Positions 7,663 through 16,874 are shown, counted from the first letter of the stretch. The stretch: DNA of 24,000 bases from Geothermobacter ehrlichii (GCF_008124615.1 NZ_VNIB01000017.1:22253-46252); one strand, 5' to 3'. Numbers and translations are program-made. The notes: a model not told the origin generated them from the letters alone.

Positions 7663-8778
7663 ATGCTCGGTGACTGTCTCGTCGGCATTCGTGTTCTCGA
7701 CCTCAGCCAGTACCTGCCGGGGCCTTTCGCCACCCAGCTGCTGGCGGATCTCGGTGCCGAGGTGCTCAAGGTCGAGCCGACGGCCGGCGATCCGATGCGC
7801 CGCTTCATGCTGGCCGACGGCGATGGCGTTTCCCCTTTCTACAAGCAGGTCAACGCCGGCAAGTCCGTGGTCGAAATCGACCTCAAGAAGGCGGCCGGAA
7901 AACAGACTCTGACCGAACTGGTGCGGGCGGCCGACGTGCTGCTCGAGTCCTACCGTCCGGGAGTGCTCGAGCGCCTCGGTTTCGGCCGCGAACGGCTAGA
8001 GCAGATCAACCCGCGCCTGATCCATTGCGCCCTGTCCGGCTTCGGCCAGACGGGTCCCTGCCGCCAGCGGGCCGGACACGACCTGACCTACCTCGCCATG
8101 AGCGGCATGCTCAGCCTGACCGGAACCGGCCAGACCCCGGTCATCCCCTTTCCGCCGATCTGCGACTATGCCGCCGGCAAGCAGGCGGCGACCTCCATCC
8201 TTGCCGCCCTGCTGCGGCGCGGCCGCACCGGCCGGGGAGCCTTCATCGACGTCAGTCTGTTCGAAATGGCCCTCTCCTGGCAGTCCTTCGGCCTGACCGC
8301 CGCCTGCCGCCCCGGTGAGGCCTTCGGCCGCGGCCGCGATCTGCTCACCGGCGGTGCGGCCTGCTACCAGGTCTATCGTACCGCCGATGACCGTTTTGTC
8401 GCCCTGGGAGCCATCGAGGAGAAGTTCTGGCGGGCGTTCTGCGAGACGGTGGGACGGCCGGACTGGATCGCCCGCCAGCACGAGCCGTTGCCGCAGAAGG
8501 AGCTGATCGCCGAGCTGCAGGCCCTGTTCGCCTCCGCTGACCGGGACGAATGGCAGCGCCGCCTCGCCCGGGTCGACTGCTGCTTCGAGCCGGTCCTCGA
8601 GCAGGACGAGGTCCCCGGCCATCCGCATGTCCGGCAGCGTCGGCTGCTGCAGATTCACGACCGGGAACGGCGCATCGAGGTGCTCTTCCCCGCCTGGGTC
8701 GACGGTGAGCCGCCCCGGCAGCGCCGACCCCTCGAACGGGTGTCGGCGGCCGAGGCGCTGGCGATGTGGAAGGGGTGA
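7663..8778 (+). CDS. Family III CoA-transferase (CaiB/BaiF / alpha-methylacyl-CoA racemase family)
   Basis: 371 aa. The N-terminal signature GIRVLDLSQYLPGPFATQLLADLGAEVLKVEP is characteristic of family III CoA-transferases. Confidence 0.9.
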   Translation: MLGDCLVGIRVLDLSQYLPGPFATQLLADLGAEVLKVEPTAGDPMRRFMLADGDGVSPFYKQVNAGKSVVEIDLKKAAGKQTLTELVRAADVLLESYRPGVLERLGFGRERLEQINPRLIHCALSGFGQTGPCRQRAGHDLTYLAMSGMLSLTGTGQTPVIPFPPICDYAAGKQAATSILAALLRRGRTGRGAFIDVSLFEMALSWQSFGLTAACRPGEAFGRGRDLLTGGAACYQVYRTADDRFVALGAIEEKFWRAFCETVGRPDWIARQHEPLPQKELIAELQALFASADRDEWQRRLARVDCCFEPVLEQDEVPGHPHVRQRRLLQIHDRERRIEVLFPAWVDGEPPRQRRPLERVSAAEALAMWKG

Positions 8779-8802
8779 GGGCGGCTGCCGCGGGAAAGGT
8801 GC

Positions 8803-9507
8803 TTACCGGCGATTGCCGAGAATGCGCAGCAGCATCAGGAACAGGTTGATGAAATCGAGATACAAGCGCAGGGCGCCGATGATGGCGGCTTTCTTGCGGC
8901 CGTCCTCGCTGGCGAAACCGGCCTCGCCGATCTGCTTGATCTTCTGGGTGTCGTAGGCGGTCAGGCCGACAAAGACGAAGACGCCGATGTAGCTGACGAC
9001 CCAGGTGATCATCGCGCTTTGCAGAAAGATGTTGACCAGCGAGGCGATGATGATACCGACCAGGCCCATGAAGAAGAAGCTGCCCCAGCCGGTCAGGTCG
9101 CGCCTGGTCGTGTAGCCGTAGACGCTCATGGCGGCGAAGGTGCCGGCGGCGATGAAGAAGGTGCTGGCGATGGAGCTGCTGGTGTAGACCAGGAAGATGG
9201 CGGCGAAGGTGACGCCGTTCAGCGCCGAGTAGAGCAGGAATATCAGGGTGGCGGTGGTGACGCCGATGCGGTTGATGGCCGCCGACAGGGCGATGACCAG
9301 GCCCAGCTCGCCGAAGATGAGGACGTAGAAGACCATCCTGTTGCCGAAGATCAGCCGCAGCAGGTCGGGGCTCGACAGGGTCAGCAGGGCAGCCAGGGCG
9401 GTCAGGGCCAGTCCGGCGGTCATCCAGCCGTAGACCCTGGGCAAAAAGCGGCTGGCGCTGCCGACGGTCGCGGTGGCGGTGATGATGGGCGGTTTCGGGT
9501 TCAGCAT
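8803..9507 (-). CDS. Bax-inhibitor-1 / YccA family inner-membrane protein
   Basis: 234 aa with about 7 TM segments. It has the typical BI-1 C-terminus (YDTQKIK...GALRLYLDFINLFLMLLRILG). AAGGAG RBS on the - strand at 9516-9521. This and the decarboxylase gene are the only convincing - strand genes. Confidence 0.9.
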   Translation of the reverse strand: MLNPKPPIITATATVGSASRFLPRVYGWMTAGLALTALAALLTLSSPDLLRLIFGNRMVFYVLIFGELGLVIALSAAINRIGVTTATLIFLLYSALNGVTFAAIFLVYTSSSIASTFFIAAGTFAAMSVYGYTTRRDLTGWGSFFFMGLVGIIIASLVNIFLQSAMITWVVSYIGVFVFVGLTAYDTQKIKQIGEAGFASEDGRKKAAIIGALRLYLDFINLFLMLLRILGNRR

Positions 9508-9560
9508 TGCTCAGGCTCCTTCTCGCTGCCCGTGACCGGATATCGCCGGTCCGGGGTTCA

Positions 9561-9589
9561 TTGGCATCCGGCAGTGAATCTGCTAACGT
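9561..9589 (+). promoter_or_regulatory. Candidate sigma-70 promoter for the enoyl-CoA hydratase gene
   Basis: TTGGCA-17 nt-TAACGT, about 40 nt upstream of the ATG at 9629. Based on hexamer match only. Confidence 0.3.
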
Positions 9590-9628
9590 CATTTCGTTGC
9601 CATTCTACACCTTCGAGGAGGAGCTGCA

Positions 9629-10444
9629 ATGACTGAAATGCCGCGACTGACCGATGCCCGGCTGACCTGCGAGAACCGGGTGGCCGAGCTGACCTTCGAT
9701 CGAGATGACGTTCGCAACGCCCTGACCGGCACCACCCTGGTCGAGGACATTATCGCCACCATCGACTGGGCCAACCGCAATTCCGACCTGTCGGTCCTGA
9801 TTTTGACCGGCGACGGCGCCGCCTTTTCGGCCGGCGGCAACGTCAAGCAGATGCGCGACCGCGAGGGGATCTTTTCCGGTTCGGTGCTGCAGATCCAGGA
9901 CCAGTACCGGCGCGGGATCCAGCAGTTGCCGCTGGCGATGCAGCGGGCGGAAATCCCGGTCATCGCCGCCGTCAACGGCCCGGCCATCGGCGCCGGCATG
10001 GATCTGGCCTGCATGTGCGACCTGCGCATCGGTTCCACCCGCGCCCTGTTCGGCGAAACCTTCCTCAATCTCGGCATCATCCCCGGTGACGGCGGCGCCT
10101 GGTTTCTACCCCGACTGGTCGGCGCCCAGCGGGCGGCCGAGCTGATTTTCAGCGGCCGCCTGGTCAAGGCCGACGAGGCCCTGGAGCTGGGACTGCTGCT
10201 GGAAGTGGTCGACCAGGAGGAGCTGCTGCCGCGCGCCCGCGAGCTGGCGGCGCGCATCGCCGCCCAGCCGCCGCAGGCCTTGCGCCTGGGCAAGCGGCTG
10301 CTCAGGCTGGGGCAGAAGATGGACTTGCCCGAGTTCCTCGACCTGTGCGCTGCCTTTCAGGCCATGGCGCACCAGACCGAGGACCATATCGAGGCGATCA
10401 ACGCCTTTCTGGAAAAGCGGCCGCCCCGTTTTCGCGGCTGCTGA
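9629..10444 (+). CDS. Enoyl-CoA hydratase/isomerase (crotonase superfamily)
   Basis: 271 aa with crotonase-fold motifs (VLILTGDGAAFSAGGNVKQM, PVIAAVNGPAIGAGMDLACMCDLRI). Strong RBS GAGGAGGA. Confidence 0.9.
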   Translation: MTEMPRLTDARLTCENRVAELTFDRDDVRNALTGTTLVEDIIATIDWANRNSDLSVLILTGDGAAFSAGGNVKQMRDREGIFSGSVLQIQDQYRRGIQQLPLAMQRAEIPVIAAVNGPAIGAGMDLACMCDLRIGSTRALFGETFLNLGIIPGDGGAWFLPRLVGAQRAAELIFSGRLVKADEALELGLLLEVVDQEELLPRARELAARIAAQPPQALRLGKRLLRLGQKMDLPEFLDLCAAFQAMAHQTEDHIEAINAFLEKRPPRFRGC

Positions 10445-10779
10445 AGCGGGAAAATTCCGGCCGACGAATCTGTCATTTGGTGGAGCGAAACAGGCGCCGT
10501 TGCCGGCATGGCGGGGGCGCAAGAGGTCTTTTAATGTCGGGCGGAATGGACTAGAATGCTCCCTCGTTTCACATGGACCTGACTCAGTGGGTTCATGCCG
10601 GACGAAGAGTGCACGTGCTTGGCCTGAACGCGTTTTCAGAAAATCCGAGGCGCACCCACAGGTTCGCCGGCGGTTTCTTGGAACCGCAGGCAGGTCAATG
10701 ACGCGCGCTATTCGCCGGCGATGAGCTCACTGAATTCAGGTTAAAGAAACACCCGGTACGGGTGCACGACGAGGGGCAG

Positions 10780-11367
10780 ATGGAAGACACGACATCGATG
10801 ATCCAGATCCGCTGGCACGGCCGCGGCGGTCAGGGGGCGATCACCGCCGCCAAGGTGGTGGCGAAAGCCGCGTTCGCCTCCGGTTACGGCGGGGTGGTGA
10901 TGGCGCCGACCTTCGGCACCGAGCGCCGCGGCGCGCCGGTCAGCACGTCGCTGAAGATCGCGCGGGAGACGATCCACGACCTGTCGCCGATCCGCGAGCC
11001 GGATATCGTGGTGGTTCTCGATCACCTGATTCTCAACGAGGTTGACGTGACCGTGGGGCTGAAGCCGGGCGGGCTGCTGGTGATCAACTCGCCGCATCCG
11101 CCAAGCCGGCACCGGCAGAAGGACTTTCGCGTGGCAGTGGCCAACGTCGCCCGCATAGGGGAGGAGGCCGGGTTGCGCAAGGGGATCGTCAACAGCGGTA
11201 TCATCGGCGTTCTCGGTCGCGCCAGCGGGCTGCTCGCCATTGACCGCCTGGCCGAATACATCGCCGAGGAGTTCGCCGACCGCCGGCCCGAACAGAACGT
11301 TCGTGCCGCCCGTCTCGCTTTTGAGGCGACCGAGATCTGCGAACCTGAGGGAGGCGCCCATGCCTGA
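10780..11367 (+). CDS. 2-oxoacid:ferredoxin oxidoreductase, gamma subunit (POR/VOR type)
   Basis: IQIRWHGRGGQGAITAAKVVA is the hallmark N-terminus of OFOR gamma subunits. The track ORF starts at GTG 10762. I prefer ATG 10780, which follows the RBS GAGGGG (10771-10776). The GTG lies inside the hairpin at 10750-10764. Confidence 0.85.
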   Translation: MEDTTSMIQIRWHGRGGQGAITAAKVVAKAAFASGYGGVVMAPTFGTERRGAPVSTSLKIARETIHDLSPIREPDIVVVLDHLILNEVDVTVGLKPGGLLVINSPHPPSRHRQKDFRVAVANVARIGEEAGLRKGIVNSGIIGVLGRASGLLAIDRLAEYIAEEFADRRPEQNVRAARLAFEATEICEPEGGAHA

Positions 11368-11671
11368 TTCCCGTTTCAAGATCATGACCTCCGCGGCGAC
11401 CTCCGGCCCCGGCGACGCCGGCCGTACCGGCTCCTGGCGGGTGGAGCGGCCGGTCATCGACTACAGCCGCTGTACGCCGGCCAGGACCGGCAGGCACGCC
11501 TGTCACCTGTGCTGGTTCTATTGCCCCGACGTCGCGGTCAGCAAGACCATCGAGCCGCAGTTCGATCTCGACTACTGCAAGGGATGTGGCATCTGTGCCG
11601 AGGAGTGTCCGGTCGGCGCCATCACCATGGTCGCCGAGGAGACCTTCGCCGAAGGAGGGGCCGATGAGTAA
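11360..11671 (+). CDS. 2-oxoacid:ferredoxin oxidoreductase, delta subunit (2x[4Fe-4S] ferredoxin)
   Basis: The in-frame ATG at 11360 follows the RBS GAGGGAGG and overlaps the gamma stop by 8 nt. It has the delta-type N-terminus GSWRVERPVID and the cluster motifs CxxCxxxCP and CKGCGICAEECP. Track ORF 11240..11671 is over-extended. Confidence 0.85.
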   Translation: MPDSRFKIMTSAATSGPGDAGRTGSWRVERPVIDYSRCTPARTGRHACHLCWFYCPDVAVSKTIEPQFDLDYCKGCGICAEECPVGAITMVAEETFAEGGADE

Positions 11672-12875
11672 CAAGTGCATCGATTCCGGCAACAATGCCG
11701 CCGCCCACGCCGCCCGCCTGGCCGGCGTCGAGGTGGTGGCCGCCTATCCGATAACGCCGCAGACGCCGCTGACCGAAAAGCTGTCGGAATGGGTGGCCAG
11801 CGGCGAGATGGACGCCGAGTACGTGGCGGTCGAAAGCGAGCACAGCGCCCTGGGGGTCTGCATCGGCGCCGCCAGTGCCGGCGTGCGGGCCTTTACCGCC
11901 ACCTCGGCCAACGGCCTGCTCTACATGAGCGAGCAGTTGCACTGGGCGGCCGGCGCCCGGCTGCCGCTGGTAATGTGCGTGGTCAACCGCGGGGTCGGAG
12001 CCCCCTGGTCGGTCTGGAACGACCATCAGGACGCCATGAGCCAGCGCGACACCGGCTGGATTCAGTTGTTCGTCAAGGATCACCAAGAGATCGTCGATGT
12101 CACCATCAAGGCCTTCCGCCTGGCCGAGGCGGTGCACATTCCGGTGATGGTCAATTACGACGGCTACTATCTGTCGCATACCTACATGCCCTTCGAGCTG
12201 CCCGACGCCGAGGCGGTGCGCGCGTTTCTGCCGCCTTACGTCTACAAGCACGCCCTCGATCCGCAGCGGCCGGAAAACCTCAATTCCGTCACCCTGCCCG
12301 ATGCCCGGCGCGACGCCGGCGGAGTGCTGCGCGGCGGCTACATGGACATCCGCCACAACCTGCAGCAGGAGATGCACCAGGCCCTTGCGGTCTGGGAAGA
12401 GATCGACGCCGACTACCGGCAGCGTTTCGGACGCGGTGGGGCGCCGGTGCTCGAGGCCTACCGCCTGGAGGATGCAGAGTTCGTGGTCGTGGCCATGGGG
12501 ACGCTGGCCAACCAGTTCCGCGACGTGGTCGACCGCCTGCGCCAGGAGGACGGCATCCGCGTCGGGGTGCTGGCGGTTCAGGTCTACCGGCCGTTCCCGG
12601 CCCGCCAGCTGGCGGAAGCCCTGCAGGCGGCCAGGGGCGTGATGGTTTTCGAAAAGGGACTCAGTTACGGACATCAGGGGGCGCTGTTCGCCGACGTCAA
12701 GTCGGCTCTCTATCCCTGGCCGGCCCGGCCGGTTCTGCGCAACTTCATCGTCGGCATTGGCGGCCGCGAAATTCCCACCAACGAACTCTGCCGGAACCTG
12801 AAGCAGGCCTGCGGTCAGGATGAACTGCCGCCCGAGGTGGCCGATACCCCCAACTGGATCGGATTGCAGCTATGA
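11664..12875 (+). CDS. 2-oxoacid:ferredoxin oxidoreductase, alpha subunit
   Basis: The start at ATG 11664 follows the RBS GGAGGGG and overlaps the delta stop. N-terminus GNNAAAHAARLAGVEVVAAYPITPQT..., then EHSALGVCIGAASAGVRAFTATSANGLLYM, typical of POR/VOR alpha. 403 aa. Confidence 0.9.
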   Translation: MSNKCIDSGNNAAAHAARLAGVEVVAAYPITPQTPLTEKLSEWVASGEMDAEYVAVESEHSALGVCIGAASAGVRAFTATSANGLLYMSEQLHWAAGARLPLVMCVVNRGVGAPWSVWNDHQDAMSQRDTGWIQLFVKDHQEIVDVTIKAFRLAEAVHIPVMVNYDGYYLSHTYMPFELPDAEAVRAFLPPYVYKHALDPQRPENLNSVTLPDARRDAGGVLRGGYMDIRHNLQQEMHQALAVWEEIDADYRQRFGRGGAPVLEAYRLEDAEFVVVAMGTLANQFRDVVDRLRQEDGIRVGVLAVQVYRPFPARQLAEALQAARGVMVFEKGLSYGHQGALFADVKSALYPWPARPVLRNFIVGIGGREIPTNELCRNLKQACGQDELPPEVADTPNWIGLQL

Positions 12876-13780
12876 GTGATACGCCAAAGACAACGGTCCT
12901 CAGCCTGACCGAAGAGGAATTCGTCCATCCGGGCAACCGGGCCTGCTCCGGATGCAGCATGGGGCTGCTCTACCGCATCGGGGCCAAGGCCCTGGGGCGG
13001 GACTGCATCTTCGTCGTTCCGCCGAGCTGCATGACCGTCATGCAGGGCCTCTACCCGGTTTCCGCCTCGCAGTTCCCGATCTTCAACTGCACCTTCGCTT
13101 CCACCGCCGCCGTCGCCACCGGCGTGCGCGCCGCCATGAAACGGCTCGGCAGGACGACCCAGGTGGTCGCCTGGGCCGGCGACGGCGGCACCTCGGATAT
13201 CGGCATCCAGGCCCTTTCCGGGGCTCTCGAGCGGGGCGAGGACATCATCTACATCTGCTACGACAACGAGGCCTACATGAACACCGGAGTGCAGCGCTCC
13301 GGCACCACTCCCTGCAGCAGCCTGACCACCACCACGCCCTTTACCGGCAAGGCGCAGGCGGCCAAGGACGTACCGGCCATCGTCGCCGCCCACAACCCGA
13401 CCTTTGTGGCCACCTGCTCCGCTTCCTATCCGCTCGATTTTCACGACAAGCTGCTCAGGGCCAAACAGATGCGCGGTCTGAAGTATTTCCACATCCAGAC
13501 TCCCTGTCCGCCCGGCTGGGGCTGCGAGGAGCGGCTGACCATCAAGATCGGGCGCATGGCGGTCGAGAGCGGACTGTTTGTCCTCTACGAGATCGAAAAC
13601 GGTGTGAAGCGTCTCTCCGAGCCCTCGGCCCGGCTGCTGAAGAAGGGGCGGCGTCCGGTGCGCGACTATCTCAAGTTGCAGGTGCGCTTCAGGCACATGA
13701 GCGACGAACAGATCGCCGCCCTGCAGGCGCAGGTCGACGCCAGGTGGGACGATTACCGGGAGGCTTTCGCCGACGACTGA
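12872..13780 (+). CDS. 2-oxoacid:ferredoxin oxidoreductase, beta subunit (TPP-binding)
   Basis: ATGA overlap with the alpha stop. It has the Cys motif GNRACSGCS, the TPP-binding motif GDGGTSDIGIQALSGA...YICYDNEAYMNTG and CPPGW. Confidence 0.9.
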   Translation: MSDTPKTTVLSLTEEEFVHPGNRACSGCSMGLLYRIGAKALGRDCIFVVPPSCMTVMQGLYPVSASQFPIFNCTFASTAAVATGVRAAMKRLGRTTQVVAWAGDGGTSDIGIQALSGALERGEDIIYICYDNEAYMNTGVQRSGTTPCSSLTTTTPFTGKAQAAKDVPAIVAAHNPTFVATCSASYPLDFHDKLLRAKQMRGLKYFHIQTPCPPGWGCEERLTIKIGRMAVESGLFVLYEIENGVKRLSEPSARLLKKGRRPVRDYLKLQVRFRHMSDEQIAALQAQVDARWDDYREAFADD

Positions 13781-13801
13781 CGCGAGCAGCGAACCATCGC
13801 C

Positions 13802-14671
13802 ATGAGCACTGTCTTTCTGAACGGAGAATTCATTCCCGCCGAACAGGCGAAGATTTCGGTCTTCGACCAGGGATTTCTCTACGGCGATGGCATCTACGAA
13901 AGCTTCCGTTCCGTCGGCGGGCGGCTCTACCAGTTTCCCCGCCATTACCAGCGTCTGCGGCAGTCGGCGGAGGCGCTCTGCTATCCCATGCCCTACAGCG
14001 AGCAGGAGCTGGAAAACATCCTGCTCATGCTGCGCCGCCGCAACCGCCTGCAGGACGCCTACTTTCGCATCACCATCACCCGGGGGCCGGGTCAGGTCGG
14101 CTTTCAGCGCCGGCTCGAAGGCGAACTGACCTGCCTGATCGTCGCCAGGGAGTTCCGGGAGTTTCCCGAAGAATGCTACCGGCAGGGCATCGCCCTGCGG
14201 GTCGCCCGCACCCGCCGCAACGCCCCCGAGGCGATCAATCCGAAAATCAAGTCGATCAGCAATCTCAACAGCCTGCTCGGCAAGCTCGAGGCGAAGGAGG
14301 CGGGCGTCTTAGAGGTGATCATGCTCAACAGCCGGGGGGAGGTCTGCGAGGGATCGGCCTCCAACATCTTCTGGACCCGTGACCACTGGGTCTTCACCCC
14401 CTCGGCGGCGACCGGGCTGCTCGAGGGTGTGACCCGCTCGACCATCATCCGGCTGTGCGAACAGGAGCTCGACCTGCGGGTCATCTGCGGCGAGTACCGG
14501 CTGCAGGACCTGCTCTTTTCCGACGAGGTCTTCATCACCTCCACCTCGCTGGAGGTGATGCCGGTGGTCCGGGTCGACGATTTCACCATCAACCAGGGGC
14601 GGGTCGGCCCCATTGCCCGCAGGCTGCGGCAGGCGCTGCACCGGGACATGGGCAAGACCGAACCCGCCTGA
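13802..14671 (+). CDS. Class IV (fold type IV) aminotransferase, branched-chain / D-amino-acid aminotransferase family
   Basis: 289 aa. Motifs: FLNGEFIPAEQAKISVFDQGFLYGDGIYE, a candidate PLP-lysine segment PKIKSISNLNSLL, and EGSASNIF. Same strand, 21 nt after the OFOR beta gene. Confidence 0.85.
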   Translation: MSTVFLNGEFIPAEQAKISVFDQGFLYGDGIYESFRSVGGRLYQFPRHYQRLRQSAEALCYPMPYSEQELENILLMLRRRNRLQDAYFRITITRGPGQVGFQRRLEGELTCLIVAREFREFPEECYRQGIALRVARTRRNAPEAINPKIKSISNLNSLLGKLEAKEAGVLEVIMLNSRGEVCEGSASNIFWTRDHWVFTPSAATGLLEGVTRSTIIRLCEQELDLRVICGEYRLQDLLFSDEVFITSTSLEVMPVVRVDDFTINQGRVGPIARRLRQALHRDMGKTEPA

Positions 14672-14739
14672 CAGATTGTTCTTTCACGGAGCTGGCGGCG
14701 GCGATGCCGGCAGACAGGATTTCCGAAGGGAGGAGAACC

Positions 14740-15324
14740 ATGGCGGACGCAAGAGTGGCAATCGGGCAAAAGATCAGGCAACTGCGCGACAAGAAGGGGC
14801 TTTCCCTCGAGCAGACGGCTGAAAAGGCGGAGATGTCGCCCGAGCTGCTGGCCGAAATCGAGGCGGGCAGGGTTTCACCGCCGCTGGGGCAGATCGTCGC
14901 TCTGGCCAATGCCTTCAAGGTGTCCCTCGGCGATCTCTTCGGCGACAGCGCCGACGCTCCCTACTGCATAGTCCGCAGCGAGCAGGGGCGGGCCGTGTCC
15001 CGTTTCGGCGAAACCCGCGACACCGCCGCCGGCTACAGCTACCAGTCTCTCGGTTTTCGCAAGCAGAACCGGCACATGGAGCCGTTTCTGGTCACCCTGA
15101 CTCCGGGGCAGGCGCCGAAGGAGCCGAACGGACATGACGGCGAAGAGATTCTGTTCGTGCTCGAAGGGCAGGTCGAGGTCAGCCTCGCCGGCCATACCGA
15201 CATTCTCAACGCCGGCGATTTCATCTACTACGATTCGACCCTGCCGCACATCGTTGCCTGCCACGGCGACCAGCCGGCGACGCTGTTTGCGGTGATCTAC
15301 GCCCGCAGGGACATGATTCTCTAG
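14740..15324 (+). CDS. XRE-family HTH transcriptional regulator with a C-terminal cupin domain
   Basis: The in-frame ATG at 14740 follows the RBS GGGAGGAG. The N-terminus IGQKIRQLRDKKGLSLEQTAEKAEMSPELLAEIEAG is an HTH_3 motif. The C-terminal cupin has GHDGEEILFVLEGQVEV...GDFIYYDSTLPH. Track ORF 14455..15324 is over-extended into the aminotransferase gene. Confidence 0.85.
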   Translation: MADARVAIGQKIRQLRDKKGLSLEQTAEKAEMSPELLAEIEAGRVSPPLGQIVALANAFKVSLGDLFGDSADAPYCIVRSEQGRAVSRFGETRDTAAGYSYQSLGFRKQNRHMEPFLVTLTPGQAPKEPNGHDGEEILFVLEGQVEVSLAGHTDILNAGDFIYYDSTLPHIVACHGDQPATLFAVIYARRDMIL

Positions 15325-15371
15325 CCGGGCCCAGACGTTGGATTGGCCGCTCTGCGTGGCCGGACAAGGCT

Positions 15372-15412
15372 AAAAAGGCCGCTTCGACCTGAAAGGCGAA
15401 GCGGCCTTTTTT
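15372..15412. terminator. Bidirectional intrinsic terminator between the convergent XRE-cupin and decarboxylase genes
   Basis: AAAAA-GGCCGCTTCG-(10-nt loop)-CGAAGCGGCC-TTTTTT: perfect 10-bp stem flanked by an A-run and a T-run. Confidence 0.85.
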
Positions 15413-15422
15413 CTTCCCGGCC

Positions 15423-16814
15423 CTACTTCCCCAGCGCCTTGACGGCGGAGGAGACCACGATCTTGCGTTTGGTGGCGTAGAGCTCGTGGTTCTTCTCGAT
15501 ATCCCTGATCGGATAGAGATAGTTGACCATGAAACCGCAGGACTGTGCCAAGCCCTTGTCGGAAATGTCGCCCAGCCAGTTGACCCGTTCGATGCGGGCG
15601 CCGTTGCCGAGGTGGAAGCGCTCGACCGGGTCGATCGGCTGTCCGTCCTCCCGGAAAGTGTGGAAATAGTGGTAGAGCAGGTGCTCGATCAGCGGCCGGA
15701 GCACGTCGGTGATCTGCCGGTCGCGGTGCCAGCCCGGACGCTGCAGCAACGAGCGCAGCCCGCCTTTCACCTCCAGCGCGGCGCAGAGCGCCGCCAGGCG
15801 GTTCATCTTTTCTTCCCCGAGGTATTCGGCCATCTTTTCGTCGTTCAGCCCGTCGAGCCAGCGGGCGAAGCCGGGTATCGGCGAGAGGGTGGCGAAGGTC
15901 CTGATGTTGGGTAGCTCGGCCCTGAGGGTGTCGACCACCCGCTTGATCAGGAAGTTGCCGAAACTGATGCCCTTGAGCCCCTGCTGGGCGTTGGAGATGG
16001 AGTAGAAGATCGCCGTGTCGGCCTTTTCCGGCGGCACGTCGGGCGTCGATTCGTCGAGCAGGGTCTGGATGCTGTCGGCGATGCCGTTGGTGAGGGCGAC
16101 TTCGACGAAGATCAGCGGTTCGCCCGGCATGTTGGGGTGAAAGAAGGCATAGCAGCGCCGGTCGAGATGCAGGCGGTGGCGCAGGTCCTGCCAGGAATGG
16201 ATTTCGTGCACCGCCTCGTATTCCACCAGCTTTTCCAGCACCGCCGCCGGCGATTGCCAGTCGATCTGGTGCATGTGCAGCATGCCGACGTCGAACCAGG
16301 TCGCCAGCAGGTGGCGGATTTCGCCGTCAAAGGCCCGCAGCTCGGGATCTTCCCTGCTGAAGGCGATCAGGTCGCGGCGCAAATCGACCAGAAACTTGAT
16401 GCCGTCCGGCAGGGTGTTGAACTGGCGCAGCAGCTTCAGGCGCGGCGGCACCAGCAGGTCGCGCAACTGTTGCTCGACGGCGGCGTGGTCTGCGTCGGGG
16501 GCGAGATAGGCCTGGCAGTGCCAGCTCAGCGCCGCCCGGTCGATGCCGAATTCCCGCGCCAGCATCGTCAGGAAGCGTTTTCTGCCGGCGGTCGACAGGT
16601 TGCGGTAGAGGCTGCCGATCTGCATGGCGTGATTGCGGGCCGACACCTCGCCGCCGCGGGCGTCCAGCCACTTTTTCAGCTGCCGGCGCAACAGCTCCTC
16701 GTCGCCGTTGGCCAGGTCGATGTCGGTCTTGCCGAGCAGGCCGCCGAGCAGGCTTTCGGTCAGGTTCGTCCAGCTGCGGCCGAGCGATCTGAGGCTGTCT
16801 TTCAGGATGGGCAT
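15423..16814 (-). CDS. Malonyl-CoA decarboxylase (MCD family)
   Basis: Motifs recalled from MCD proteins: FYSISNAQQGLKGISFGNFLIKRVV, HLGNGA and FMVNYLY. I place the start at the ATG at 16814 (MPILKDSL), preceded by a GGGGGAG RBS. The upstream 46 codons of track ORF 15423..16952 have no RBS support. Confidence 0.85.
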   Translation of the reverse strand: MPILKDSLRSLGRSWTNLTESLLGGLLGKTDIDLANGDEELLRRQLKKWLDARGGEVSARNHAMQIGSLYRNLSTAGRKRFLTMLAREFGIDRAALSWHCQAYLAPDADHAAVEQQLRDLLVPPRLKLLRQFNTLPDGIKFLVDLRRDLIAFSREDPELRAFDGEIRHLLATWFDVGMLHMHQIDWQSPAAVLEKLVEYEAVHEIHSWQDLRHRLHLDRRCYAFFHPNMPGEPLIFVEVALTNGIADSIQTLLDESTPDVPPEKADTAIFYSISNAQQGLKGISFGNFLIKRVVDTLRAELPNIRTFATLSPIPGFARWLDGLNDEKMAEYLGEEKMNRLAALCAALEVKGGLRSLLQRPGWHRDRQITDVLRPLIEHLLYHYFHTFREDGQPIDPVERFHLGNGARIERVNWLGDISDKGLAQSCGFMVNYLYPIRDIEKNHELYATKRKIVVSSAVKALGK

Positions 16815-16874
16815 GGAGACTCCCCCGCGGTGATGTGAAGCCGGCACTCGGGTGCCGGCATGGAAGCGTTTAAA

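Noticed and set aside
8779-8802. A possible terminator between the convergent CoA-transferase and BI-1 genes.
   Set aside because: The gap is only 24 bp. It has a short GC-rich self-complementary stretch and no T- or A-runs, which is not enough to call a terminator.
10478-10500. TTTGGTGGAGCGAAAC, which loosely resembles the T-box motif GGGTGGTACCGCG.
   Set aside because: Too many mismatches, no specifier-loop or terminator/antiterminator arrangement, and the downstream operon is not an aminoacyl-tRNA-related gene set.
11675-14382. Same-strand alternative-frame ORFs 11675..12823 (382 aa), 12952..14382 (476 aa), 20843..21625 (260 aa) and 2511..3203 (the 5' part of track ORF 2511..4448).
   Set aside because: They are Arg/Pro/Gly-rich frame-shifted shadows of the OFOR, aminotransferase and permease genes. 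The other frame carries the conserved motifs in every case.
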